From Hydrolagus affinis (Eukaryota): a DNA stretch of 64,000 bases. Where the stretch lies: NCBI GenBank assembly GCA_012026655.1, contig JAAILG010001332.1, positions 1 to 64,000 on the forward strand, in the 5' to 3' direction. This document shows, piece by piece, positions 23,372 to 35,160 of the stretch; the stretch's first letter is position 1, and each line of letters starts with the position of its first letter. Made by a program: the position numbers and the translations under genes. The notes below the pieces were generated by a model. It was not told where the DNA came from. It did not search any database and saw only the letters and a program-made list of their open reading frames with translations.

Positions 23372-23612
23372 TGGAACTCCATCCCGCAATCCCTTCACCT
23401 CACCTCCTCCTATTCCTCCTTCAAGGCCCTTCTCAAGACCTTCCTCTTCGACCGTGCCTTCTGCTCCCCTCCTAACTCTTCCCCCTCTCCTATTCCCCTT
23501 CCCCCTACTCTGACCATCCCGCTGCTCAGGTCCCGACCTGATTGTTCAGCGCCTTGGGATGTTCTCCCGACATGAAAGGTGCTCTAGAAATGTAATTTTG
23601 TTGTTGTTGTTT
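23372..23612 (+). mobile_element. L2 LINE 3' end inserted in the Penelope-like element
   Basis: Translates as WNSIPQSLHLTSSYSSFKALLKTFLFDRAFCSPPNSS, close to the young L2 C-terminus, with hairpin and (TGT)n. Confidence 0.92.
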
Positions 23613-23738
23613 AACCCATCAATTAACACATTTTCTCCTTTGTCTTCTTTTTCTGTCTTCTTTGTCTCCTATATCTTCCTTGTTCTGCCTCCCCATCTCT
23701 AACTTGTCCTTAAAAACCTCTCCCTCCCAACATGCCCC

Positions 23739-23774
23739 AGTTCTGACGAAGCTCATGCACCCGAAACGTTGACT
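23739..23774 (+). ncRNA. Minimal type-I hammerhead ribozyme motif (stem II degenerate in this copy)
   Basis: AGTT-CTGACGA-a-gctcatgcaccc-GAAA-CG-T-T-GACT: catalytic boxes CUGANGA and GAAA, stem I AGUU/GACU, and palindromic ACGU stem III. Confidence 0.65.
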
Positions 23775-23935
23775 CACTTTCCTTTCTCCATGGATGCTGT
23801 CTGACCTGCTGAGTTTTCCCAGCAACTTCTGTTTTTGTTTCAGATTTCCAGCATCTGCAGTATTTTGTGTTTTGTCACTTTACAGTATATTCTGTGAAGC
23901 ATCTAGAAGACGTGAAAGCGCTGTATCAAATGCAA

Positions 23936-24111
23936 AAACAACAAAATTACATGTATAGTGCGCCTTTCACATCGGGAGGACGTCTGAAAGCGCTGAACAG
24001 TCAGAGGTCCCTACCAACCTGCCCACTCCCTCTGTTCAGCAGGCTCCGGTCTGCTCCGGTCTGCTCCATGTCTCCCGCCCGACTCGCCCTACCATCGGTG
24101 GCCAGGCTTTC
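23936..24111 (-). mobile_element. Short L2 insertion with 5' inversion
   Basis: 23936-24007 is an antisense L2 tail and hairpin. 24008-24111 is sense upstream L2 sequence (PYQP..LHVSRPTRPTIGGQAF). Confidence 0.8.
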
Positions 24112-25339
24112 ATTATTGTTATTATTATTATTATTTCAAACAAACAAAGCTGCTGATGTGAAGTGACAACTGTCCATCTGTCCCATCCCGGATAAATTGT
24201 TCTTTTCTACCTTGCCCATTGTATGTTCCAGGCTTTCAAATTTCAATAACAACACCATATGAGGTCCGTTAAGCGTCAGTGCTACTTTTAATGGTCAGCC
24301 TTTTGAAGAGAGAATTCAAGCAAAATGTGCTTAAAGGTGGTACGCAAACTAAATTTGATTACATGTGTATGGCTATAAACCATAATTTAATTGTGTAGAA
24401 ACATTTAGGGATCTAAAATGAAAGATTTATTTTGCAACATTTGCAAGAGAATGTGCAAAAAATGAATTAAAATATATATTTTAAATTTGGTATAACAGCC
24501 TTCACATTTCAAAATGTTTCACAGAATATACTGTGCAGTATATGTGTACTGTGTAGCAGCAGCCACAGCAATTTCCTACAAACATCCATAAAGGAAATTT
24601 TAGTTCTCTGAAATTTGTTGTTGGAAAGATAAATGCATTGACGAAAATATTCTTTGTAATAATGTAATATTTCCTGTCCACATTTCCAACCTAGATTTGG
24701 CACATGGAATTAGGGCAAAGTATTATCAGTTACATCAGATGCATGTCAGCTGGTCCAAATCACATGTTTCTGTGCTACAGAGATCTATGCCTTCAATGAA
24801 CCTACATTCCTCCAATCTTATATAGTAATACCCCTTGCAATAGGAAGAGATCACAGGTAAACTGCATAATATTCTGGGTTTAAAACACTGCCAAAGTTAC
24901 AGGAATTTGCAGTGCTGTGTTCATCAGTTTTTTTTAAAACAATTCACATGATTCCTTCAATGGCTTGGAGAGGAAAAGGACCATCTAGAACGGTTAGACT
25001 AGTCGAATCCCAGACTGTAAAATGATCTGACAAAGGGGAGCAAGTAAAATTATGCCATTGGCTTTACTGCTGCAGAGTAAGCTCAGGAAAGATGTCAATC
25101 AGATGTCATGGAAATGTCCTACTCCTAACTGCTCTCCAATTGATATGAAAAATGTTATTGTTTATTTTGAAAGTTTATTTAAACCTTTGCTGAACCAACA
25201 CTGAAAGGCTGGAACTTATGCAGCGGCTGATTCAGAGGAGCAAACATATCGACTCAATATTATAGACCAACTTTGGAATAAACCATTTTTGAATGAAGTG
25301 GGAACAAGTGTTTACCTATAGCCATTATCAAATGGGACA

Positions 25340-25593
25340 TTCGCAGAATATTCTGTAAAGTGAATTGACTGGATATATGTAGGCGAAACGCGGCAGCCAA
25401 TTGCATACAGCAATGTTCCACAGACAGTCGTGGATTGAAAATGACCAATTTTTATTATTGTGTGTTTTTTTGGACGGATTATTATCAGGCATGTGGTGTA
25501 AGAAAACTTGCCCAAGGTTTCTCCCTGATCTGTTTGGATTCGAACACAGTTCTCACACTTGTAAGGCAAGTGCTCTAACCACCGAGCTACAGG
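25340..25593 (-). mobile_element. tRNA-Deu SINE lacking the 3' tail
   Basis: Reverse complement has tagctcggtggttagagc, gttcgaatcc and the Deu-like core. Confidence 0.9.
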
Positions 25594-26034
25594 ATTTCTT
25601 CAAACTTTTATTTTAGAATTTACTTTCTGATAGAGGGAATGCAAAATCCACCCAATTCAAGGTTTCCACATTGTCTAGGCCACTCGTTCTTATGTTCTTT
25701 TGTAATACATTGAGAATCAAAGTAAAAATCAAATCAATATAACCATATCTTTCAAACCAGAAAGCAACTCAGCATACACACTTGACTGGTCAACAATCCC
25801 CCAGAAGAAAATTGACTTCATGGCAGTTTGGGATACATTAGAGTGTACAAATTGCCTGCCATATTCACCATCAAATAAATTTTCTACAGTATATCCTGTG
25901 AAGCAATGTTGAGATATCCTTTCTAATGGCTAATGTTAATTATCCTTGCATTCAATGGGATATCTCAATGTGTTTCATAGGATACAATGTAAAGTGTAGT
26001 GTAGTGCTGTGAACCAATTAGCTTATAATTAACA

Positions 26035-26340
26035 CCAATAATAAATAATCGTTGCATTTGATATACATCAGAAGGATATCTCACATCACTTAACAGGATT
26101 TTGTGTAAAGTGCAGTGACTGTTTAATTTTTGTAGGTGAATACAGCAGCCAATTTGCCCATACATGTTCCATAACAGCCAGGAAGTGAATGAGAAACCAA
26201 ACTGGCAAACGGGACTGAGAAATGTTTAACATCTCATTCAAATGATGGCACTTCTGACAATACAGCGCTTTCCCAGCAATATATTGGAATATCAGCCTAA
26301 AATTAGATCAGCTGAGGGTGTGAGCTGAGCTGACAGCCTA
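26035..26340 (-). mobile_element. SacSINE1-like DeuSINE remnant
   Basis: Antisense tail, core and gtcagaagtgccatc..gagatgttaaac block. Confidence 0.7.
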
Positions 26341-27840
26341 TATCTTTTAAACCAGAAAACAAGCTAAGGTGTACACTTGGCACGATCGAGCCCATCACTA
26401 CTGAGCCCAGTTTAGCATATGGGAAGACAAATTTGCAAAACTATAGGGAGAGAATGGGGGAGTGGGGTAATTTGGATTGTTCGGGCATGATGGGCCAAAT
26501 GGCCCCCTTCTGCACTATAATTCTATGATTCTACATCTGAAATCCTCTTCCTTTGTTCCCCTTACACTCACCAGTTGACTGCCCCTTTAATTGGAAGACA
26601 AATGTACCAATTAAGAAACCATTTGCACCGATGGAGCGTGATCAAGTGACTTTCCCAAATGCTTCAGCCCTGCTGTGAAGCAAATCCAGGCAATGCTCAG
26701 CTCAGTCCCAGCCAACTGCCAACGCGTAATGAGTTCTCATTCTGACTTAATGTTGTTTACGTTTCTGCACGCAGCATCTCGACACTGCTCGCCAATCCAT
26801 TTTAATTACTTTGATTCTTAGCAGTGCTGAACCCAGGGCAGGACCTGAACACAATCGAGTGTTTTTCTGTTTGTTTGTTGAATGTCCTGGACAATGGACA
26901 CTGTGGGGCAACATGCTGCACACTGCCCGGCCAAGGAATGCCATCTCAAGTGTATTTCAAACAACTAAACAAAGCCTGCTGATGTGGATTGACAGCTGTG
27001 TCACTGTGCCAGCTGTCAAGGTATTTTCAAAAAGTGTGTTTGATGACAAACTGCGGTCTGTTGATTTTACTGAATAAATAATTTACTCACATTGAGTTTA
27101 AAGGCAAGGGCCTGAAGAAAGTGCTTTACAAAGGCTGTTGTGAATTGTACCAGACAACTGGTTCGTCAACAACTTGCATTTGTATTGATATAGCACTCTT
27201 CATGTGGGGCAGTGCCCCGGAGGGTGCAAATAGTCATGAATGCTAAATTAATAATAATCCTTGCATTTGATATAGTGCTTCTCACTTAGAGAGGATATCT
27301 ATATGAGAAATAATATATTTCACCTTTAGCCATTTGGCCTGGAATAAGAAGCATTGACATTTTAAATGTGAAATTGAATAACTCTGAACTACATTTATTC
27401 CAGCCTTTGTCAGCTTGTACAAACAGGAAACAATGGTTAGAACAAGAAAGTGGGTTCACAATACAGCAAATATGAGAAACATCACTTTTTCACCTTATAA
27501 CATTATTCATTAAATGATTGACTGGCAAATAGTTGCAACCGATTTTCAAATGGACAAAACACAATTGTATTTGAGTTGTATTGTATTGTATTATTTGTAT
27601 TGTAGTTGGAGCGAGTCTGTGGAGGGCTTTAAATGTGAGGACCAGGATCTTGAATTTTGAATAAAAATATTCTATGCATTTCAAATAATCTAATCATGTC
27701 ATCAAGACATCTCAAAATTCTTCATAGGATTTTACTGCGAACAGGCACTTTGTAGATGAATACAGCAGCTAATTTGTGCCTGGCAAATGTCCCACAAAGA
27801 GCAATGAAGTGAGTGTATTTTAACCAGCTTACAGTCTGTG

Positions 27841-28168
27841 GAGCTCCTGTGGTTCAGTGGTTAGAGCACTTGTCTTGCAAGCTGGGGAGACCCGTGTTCG
27901 AATCCAGGCAGGTCAGGGCGAAACCTTGGGCAAGTTTCCTTACTCCACACGCCTAATAATAATCCCTCCAAAAAAACCACGATAATAAAATTGGTCATTT
28001 CAATCCACGATTGTGTGTGGGACACTGCTGTGCGCCATTGGCTGCCGCGATTCGCCCACAAATATATACAGTCAATTCACTTTACAGTATATTCTGTGAA
28101 GTGCTATGGGACGTCGATAAAATGTGAAAAGCGCTATATCAAATTCAAGGATTATTATTATTATTATT
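27841..28168 (+). mobile_element. Full-length tRNA-Deu-L2 SINE (well-preserved copy)
   Basis: A box tggttcagtgg, B box gttcgaatcc, A-rich linker, Deu-like core, hairpin and (ATT)n. CpGs are retained. Confidence 0.94.
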
Positions 28169-30389
28169 AGTCTAGATCTATGTTTCGAATGCTGGAGTTC
28201 ATGTCACTTCACCCCCAGCAGTACAGCACTGTGTAGCCAGAACCCCCAACCCTCCTTCTCTGTGGTGGTTTCAGTGGTGACTGAAAAGCACCAAACTATG
28301 ATTGTGGGATTATATTTTTTAACTGCATTTAAGAATTAAGCATCGAAATGCATATTTCTTTGTAATTCTATGCAAACTCTAATCCAGCAGTTCCTAATTA
28401 TATACAGATGAGGTACATTTATCTAAATTCATTGATCTCAGGGGTTTATTAATGAGATGGTTCCACCAGCAACTCTTTAGTAATAATAAAAGCATTGGCT
28501 GGTGGAGTGAAGGGGAATTTACAACACTTCATTAGAAATGTGTTTAACTATCATGTGTTTAACTGTTATGAAACAGAGGGAACAATTAGCGACTGTTTTC
28601 AGATCTGAGCACTCCTGCACCTCTGGCAGAATGGTTTGGCGAACGCTTTTGAAATGTTTTTGGCTGCCATCAAAGTCCAGAGCAAAGAAAACGATATTTT
28701 TGTTGACTCAGAGGCAGCAATTGAAGCTGCTGTAAAGGATCCCGACTGATTTAAACTGACATCCTGTTTTTGGATGATCAAATCTGCTGTTCTCCACAAA
28801 GATCTTCAGTATTTCCAGCAAAGACAAGAGCCAAATATCTTCAAACGGATGTTACAGAGCAGACCATCATGCTGCAGCTACAGCTGTTGGGTTTTTAGAC
28901 CCCAAACCGGTCAATAATTGTCGTTTGAATTATGCTGTTTCATATCAATGTGATAATTATCATATCAAATCTCAATTATTTTCTGAAATGTTACAAATGT
29001 TAAATTCTCAGAATCAGCCACACACAGCAATGCAAGGGCAGAGATACGCAGCAGTGCAGTGACGGTTACAAGGAAACAGACCAAAGAACTTTTCAGGTCA
29101 ATCCTGCTCTTTAGATGGATCCTGACACAGAGCAGAGAGAAGCTTCTGGTGTGGAATAAGCCTAACACACGCTTATGCTCTGTCAGCTCAGAGAGCGGCA
29201 TTGGCAGCAGCTGTGAGAAGCCTAAATGCCAGACAGCTCGGCCCTCCTGCAACAAATAGCGGTGACTGGAGGGAGCAATGGGGGAGGCAGAATCTAAGTG
29301 AAAAGGTATTGGTGTTCACTAGGAAATGAATCAAGACTGCTAAAATGCAGTTCCCCAGTAAGCTTTAACAGCTGTTAGAGTAAGAAGCATTGCACAAAGA
29401 AGTGTCTTAGTACAGTGTTAATCGTCTGTTCCCAAATCTCCCTATTGAACTGAGGTGGGATATCATAGCACATCAGTGGGAGGGTCTCCTTTTCTGTTGT
29501 GCATGTTATTCTATTAGCAAGAAATCCCATATCACCTGAAATCACAGTGACTCCCATTTCTGCTGCCTCCTTACCAACCATTATTCAAATTACCCTGTTA
29601 ATCCCTTGTCAGACTTTGCTTGTTTTTCCAGGGACTTTGGGAACAATGTGGGGAAAATTATGCCCTCAGAGCCTCTTCCTAAAGCAAAAGGGGGAAAAAG
29701 GGAAATTATGGAATTGCAAACCATATAGTGGAACAGGATCAATGGGCTGAATGGCTTCCTCCTGTTACTTTTTTTTAATCTATCCTTTATTTAATCCAGG
29801 GATAGTTAAGGAATCCTTTATCACCTTACACAGATTTCACAATAAAATCCCGTGAAGTGCTTTGTGACATCTCAGCAACATAATTCCAAATGCAAGCATT
29901 ATTACTATTAGTAACTTATTTTCCTCCTCCCCACCACCCCTTTTCCTGGATAATATTTCTCCCTGTAGCTATTCACATTACAAATAGCGACTGTGTTTTC
30001 TTTACTTAGAAACCACCCAAAACATCCATTCCGAAAGACTGGAACTGAATTGCCAACTTCTCATTTTAATTTGAGATTAATTTTAAAGACTGGTGTAGCG
30101 AAGAAGAGTTAAATTGTTGCTCCCGGAGAATGGCATTGAAAGTTTTTGTGATTCAACGCTAAAGATCTGGTTGTCTTGCACTGCACTTTTGAGAATGGCC
30201 TTGGGGTTTCCTCCTCTGGGACATTCAATGAAATAAACAGAACATGGACCACAAATTTGACCCATTTGTTCACTGAAGGCAAAGATTACTGGGCTTTCAT
30301 TGACAATGACAGGGAATAATACCCAAACACACTGAAACATTTTGTTTGCAGACTACAATTTACAAATTACATTTTGTTTGGAGACTACA

Positions 30390-30590
30390 GTAACAAATTA
30401 CATTTGTATCGCACTCTTCACGTCGGAAAAATGTACCAAGCTGCTAGACAATCAGGGATTTCGACCCGAGCTGGGGGATGGCAACAAAGAGGGGTGGAGG
30501 ACAGGGAGAATAGGGGTAGGAATGTAACCAAAGGCACGGTCAAAGAGGAGGGTCTTGAGACGGGCCTTGAAGGAGGCGAGGGCGGGGTCG
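30390..30590 (-). mobile_element. L2 LINE 3' end fragment
   Basis: Antisense ctcgcctccttcaaggcccgtctcaagaccctcctctttgacc plus tail. Confidence 0.88.
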
Positions 30591-30692
30591 ACACAAAACA
30601 TTTACAGTAATGATGGACACAAATCCTATTTGTGCCAATGCTGATGTTTGGCCTGTAGATACTGTACATTTATTTTCTGGAAGCATAAAGTG

Positions 30693-30711
30693 CAGCGCCA
30701 TCTACTGCACA
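30693..30711 (-). promoter_or_regulatory. Candidate CTCF motif
   Basis: Reverse complement GTGCAGTAGATGGCGCTG resembles the CTCF core CCASYAGRKGGCRS. Confidence 0.4.
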
Positions 30712-32744
30712 CACCAATCAGGAAATTCACACAGAAAGGAGCTGCGTTTTCTGGAACACATTTTTTGCATCAGAGTAGTTGGCCAAGAACACAAAAAATG
30801 CTTTGTATCATGGCTGTCGGATCTAAATGTCAGAAAAATGAGTTACTGGTAATTTTTCACATTTTTAAAACAGATTCTTTTTGTAGAGGTAGAAAGGGGT
30901 TCAGTGGCTTCTGGAGGCCGACCCAATAGGATTTCAGTGTAAGCTCAGATGGGTCAGGACTTATGGTTGAGTTCAATGATGGATGCATCATGGGAGACAG
31001 CAGTCAACATAAATGGATCATATCTTAAGACAGTGCTGTCTGTGCAAACTAAGATCAGTTTCCTTTTTGGTTGTCTTTTCTTGGTACAATAAGAGGAGAC
31101 AGACAACGTAAGCAATGGCTCTATTGGCGAACACTAACCATCTGACATGCATCAGTGAATCCTGAGGCATTGCTGACAAGTCTGCAGGCTGATCGTTTTA
31201 ACTCTGCCAGTTTCAAAATCTCACTAAAACACCCCATCAACCAAGAGAGGTTTTCACATTTCGATCTGGAAAGCACAACTTTAACGATTTGGCAGAAAAT
31301 GAAAATCCTGGCAGGAAATTACAGGGGAAAAAAAAGCCTGAATGGAACGTGGCCACACATCTGAAGAAGTGTTTGCAAGGAACTCTATTATATCAGTAAT
31401 TAAAGAACCAAAGAGTGTTAAATAAAGACATCCTGCTGTCAGAGTACATGCAAAAATTCAGCATACGATTATAATCAAAACAAGAGACTTTCAGTTCTAC
31501 AGATGCACAGTTTCTCTTGCAAATATTGTGGGATTTTAAGACCAAGAGAGGGAGAGGGTCTTATGGGAGATGCATTACGCAAAGGCTTTTTATAGAATTT
31601 GTTCTCATACGTTGCTTGTCTGAAGTTTTCATTCTCTGCTATAATGCTTCAGCTGGATGTCTGAGCTGCCTTCCAAGTGTTTCTCTACCGGACAGCGGGG
31701 GGCAGTTGATGAAAAAAAGAGTTGATTTGTTTGCTAATGGACTCTAAACATGTGTTGAGGTGTCGGAAGAAGCTGAACCTAACTCTTTTGCAAGGTTCAG
31801 TGAAAAAGGAACGAAATAAGGAATATGTGAGAAGCAAAGTCGCATGTGACTGGAACAGCCCAATGATTCCTTGTGGGTGAAAGTTTGACTCCCAGGAGAA
31901 TGCTATGAAGTCAATTACTAGGGTGACTTGTTCCTTCCTTTTACTATCAATAGAGTTTCGTCATTCTTTAGTAGGGAGCCCAAAGTTATTGGAATTGGCC
32001 CTGTCCAATGCCAAAGATATCAATATAACCTGAGCAACTTGAAATCAAATTAACCTGTTAATGTTTAAAACATCCGCAGTGGCCTGAAATTCCACCAAGT
32101 TTTATCCTGCAAGAAGAACATTTTATTTTAAAATTTAACATGGCACAGAATTGTGGAAGCCTCAAATTCAACGGTAGTTTTGCAGCTCGTTTTCCACAGT
32201 TCTTCTGTAGTTTAAGACAAAATTGTCTTCCAGTCTAGGATGAGATTAAATAACAAGTCATATTGGTATGAATTCCATTGTTACCTTTTTCTCATTGCTA
32301 AATTACCCGCAATTATGGTCAACTGACAACTGAAGTCGCAGTTACGGATCATCAAGTAAATTTTGCTTGTTTTCTTATCCTGGACGAACAATTTACTTCT
32401 GGTGGTCTAGTGAAAAGAGAGATATATAGCCTTCTGTTGGTGGTGAATCCCTCTGCTGGAAACTTTCCACACATCTGAGCAATTTCATATTTAACATAAA
32501 CTAGTATTAACCTGTACAAAGTACACATTCATGAGTCCTGCTGCATTTCACCCACACATACACAGTCAATTCACTTTACAGTATATTCTGTGAAGCGCTT
32601 TGAGATATCTGGAAATATGAGAAGTACTATATCAATTCAAGGAGTATTATTATATATTTCAACTACATGGTAAGGCTCTATATTAAATAACTATATCAAA
32701 TGCAAGGTTTATTATTATTATCACTTTTGCGTCTGTTTCTAGAA

Positions 32745-33155
32745 CATTGTGTGTTTAAACCCATGTGGGGACTCTGCACTCATAGTCTAACCTGACACAA
32801 GATTGAGGCACCATCAATGCAGTGGTGGCGGTCATGCCTCTTTATTGGAGATGTCGTTCTTCAGATGGGACATTAAACCAAGGTCCCATTTGCCTGTTAA
32901 GGTTGATATTAAAGATCTTGTTGTCTAATAAGAAGCGAGTGTTTCTTCCAATGTGTGCTGGCCAACAATTCCCAAATAAAATTGGTCATTCACATCAAGT
33001 CTATTTGTGGAACATTGCTGTGTGAAAGCTGGCTTCCACATTTGGCGACAAATACCCAGTCATTCCACTTCTAGGGTAAAGTCCTATGAAGGCTTTGAAA
33101 CATGTCAACGACATGATAAAGTGCTATATCAAATGCAATGAATTTAGGATTATTA
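32745..33155 (+). mobile_element. SacSINE1-like DeuSINE
   Basis: ttggagatgtcgttcttcagatgggacattaaaccaagg..ttaaagatc, plus Deu core and tail. Confidence 0.75.
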
Positions 33156-33639
33156 TATCTGACCTCTAATATGGGTGTGGAAATGACACTTTCCAGTTAG
33201 TAGTATCTGTTGGAGCAATGCCACAGGTTAGAGAGCATACAGACTCGAAGACTTGTATACCTGTATGCATAACATAGAGAAGTGGGTAAGTGTATAGAAT
33301 CTTCTGGTTGCATGTTTTCCTCTGAATGTGAGCCTACAGACCTCCTGAATTTACATCTAAACAATGGATATTATTCCAGATTTTGGAGGGATATATGTGT
33401 GTGTGGATATGTGTGTGTGTGCGCGTGTGTCTATGTGACTATATCCTGACCTAATTGTTCAGTGCCTTGGTACGTCCTCATGACGTGAAAGGCGCTCTAT
33501 GAATGTAATTTTGTTGTTGTATATCTAACAGCATTGGTACAGTCAGTATGTAACAGTATAATGTAGCTGTGGAATGTAACCAAAGGTGGTCTAATATTGG
33601 ACAACACCTTACATCTGATCCTGATCTCTAGTAGCTACT

Positions 33640-34145
33640 AATGGGTGATGTAGATATTGGGGTCTGGAAATCCCAGCAGGATTTTATGCCTTTGATGACA
33701 GCACAGGGGAGATTTACAAGGATGATACCAGGGATGAATTGTCAGCACCGTGGAATATCCCCCCGACATGAAAGGTGCTAATGTAATTTTGTTGCTGTTA
33801 TTGTATGGGCTATGATTAGAGCTTGGAGGAGCAAGCCTATTTTCCCTGGAATAGAGAGGATTGAGTGGTGATTTGATGGAGGTCTTTAAAATTGTGAGAC
33901 ATTTTGATGGAGTCAATAGAAAGAAATTATTTCCACTGGTTAGTGAGTCAATGACTGGAAGGCATCTATGTAAATGGGAGATGAGGAATTTGTGTGCAAG
34001 GAAATATTAGGAATGCCCTGCAGTGGTGCAGTGGTTAAGACAGTTAGCTATTAATGGGGAACTAAATAGATATCTAGGAAAAAGTAATTTGCAGGGCTAT
34101 GGGGTAAAGGCAGGTAAATGGGATGAACTGACTGCTCTTTCAAAA
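33640..34145 (+). mobile_element. CR1 LINE 3' fragment with a short L2 tail inserted at ~33738-33803
   Basis: Translates as AQGRFTRMIPGM..LFSLE*RGLSGDLMEVFKIVRHFDGVNRKKLFPL, typical of the CR1 ORF2 C-terminus. Confidence 0.85.
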
Positions 34146-35141
34146 AAAGAATGCTTTTCAAAGAAAAAATGCTCTACTAGCGTTAGTCTTAAAACAATAT
34201 TATTGTGAAGCGCTTTGAGATGTCCAAAAGCTTTGAAAAGCAAATATATCAAATGCAAGGATTATTATTTATTATTGTTTCTATTAAGTGTAAGGCTGTG
34301 CTTAGTTTAGAAGATAGTATTTCTGATGCTTTTGAAAATAAAAAATGAGCACTAAATTTTCAAAGATTGTGCACAACTTTAAATTTGAAAAGAAAATTGT
34401 TTTATAGGGTAAGATTAGGTGCCATTTTTGGGCTGGGGGTATTTAAGAGAGAAAAGGGGATTAATTTGTGAAGCATTCAGGGTCATTTTAAAGTGGATAA
34501 TGAAGTATACATGAAAGGCCCTATAAATGTAATTTGTTGTTATTTGCTGTTGTTGTATACTATGATTGGTGTTCTGGAAGGATAACATCAAGTGAACCAA
34601 AGCATCTGGTTCATTCAAAGTGTCAACCTGAATCAAATCCAGGCACCCATCACTGTTTCTCAGTTATTTTGGGGTAGTGTAAGCACTCTGAGACACCGTC
34701 CGGCATTGAGGGCGCTATATAAATCGAAGTTGTTGTTATTGTTGTTTATCAACCCTGTTTTAGTCTCAAAATTAGTATTCGTGCACTTCACAGTACTGTG
34801 CACCACACTTCACAGTACTGTATATCCTCTGAAACCCTTTGGGATGTCCTATGATGTGAAAAGTACTATACTTTTTATATACAGGGTTATTATTATTTTA
34901 GACCCCAAAGATTACAAAAATAAATAATTTGTTTCTAAATATACAGTACGGTATTTTAAATGTTTTTTCTTTTACCTTTTTTAAAAAGCTGCTGAAACAT
35001 TATACTTAATAATATTAATTTTTAACCCACGCATCAGTATTAAGCTCTTGTCACTCGTGTATTAATCCAAGTGAAACGCATGATAAGACTCTCACTTTGA
35101 TTGTCACTCCCACCCGCCCCAACAGTGCACCTCTGCCACAA

Positions 35142-35160
35142 GAGCGCCCTCTACTGCACC
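35142..35160 (-). promoter_or_regulatory. Candidate CTCF motif with nearby GC box
   Basis: Reverse complement GTGCAGTAGAGGGCGCTC. cccacccgcccc lies at about 35109-35120. Confidence 0.45.

Larger units (their letters stand above)
23308..23874 (+). mobile_element. Short non-coding Penelope-like element (itself interrupted by an L2 3' end)
   Basis: Flanked by a 7-bp duplication tcacttt (23301-23307, 23875-23881). Pyrimidine-rich body, hammerhead motif, and a 3' part repeated at 495 and 15399. Confidence 0.75.
23089..24136 (+). mobile_element. tRNA-Deu-L2 SINE split by nested insertions
   Basis: Head and core at 23089-23307, continuation at 23875-23935, (ATT)n tail at 24112-24136. Confidence 0.88.

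Noticed and set aside
28590-28915. Possible coding exon after ttttcag
   Set aside because: The most protein-like frame has in-frame stops, there is no good donor, and I recognise no family.
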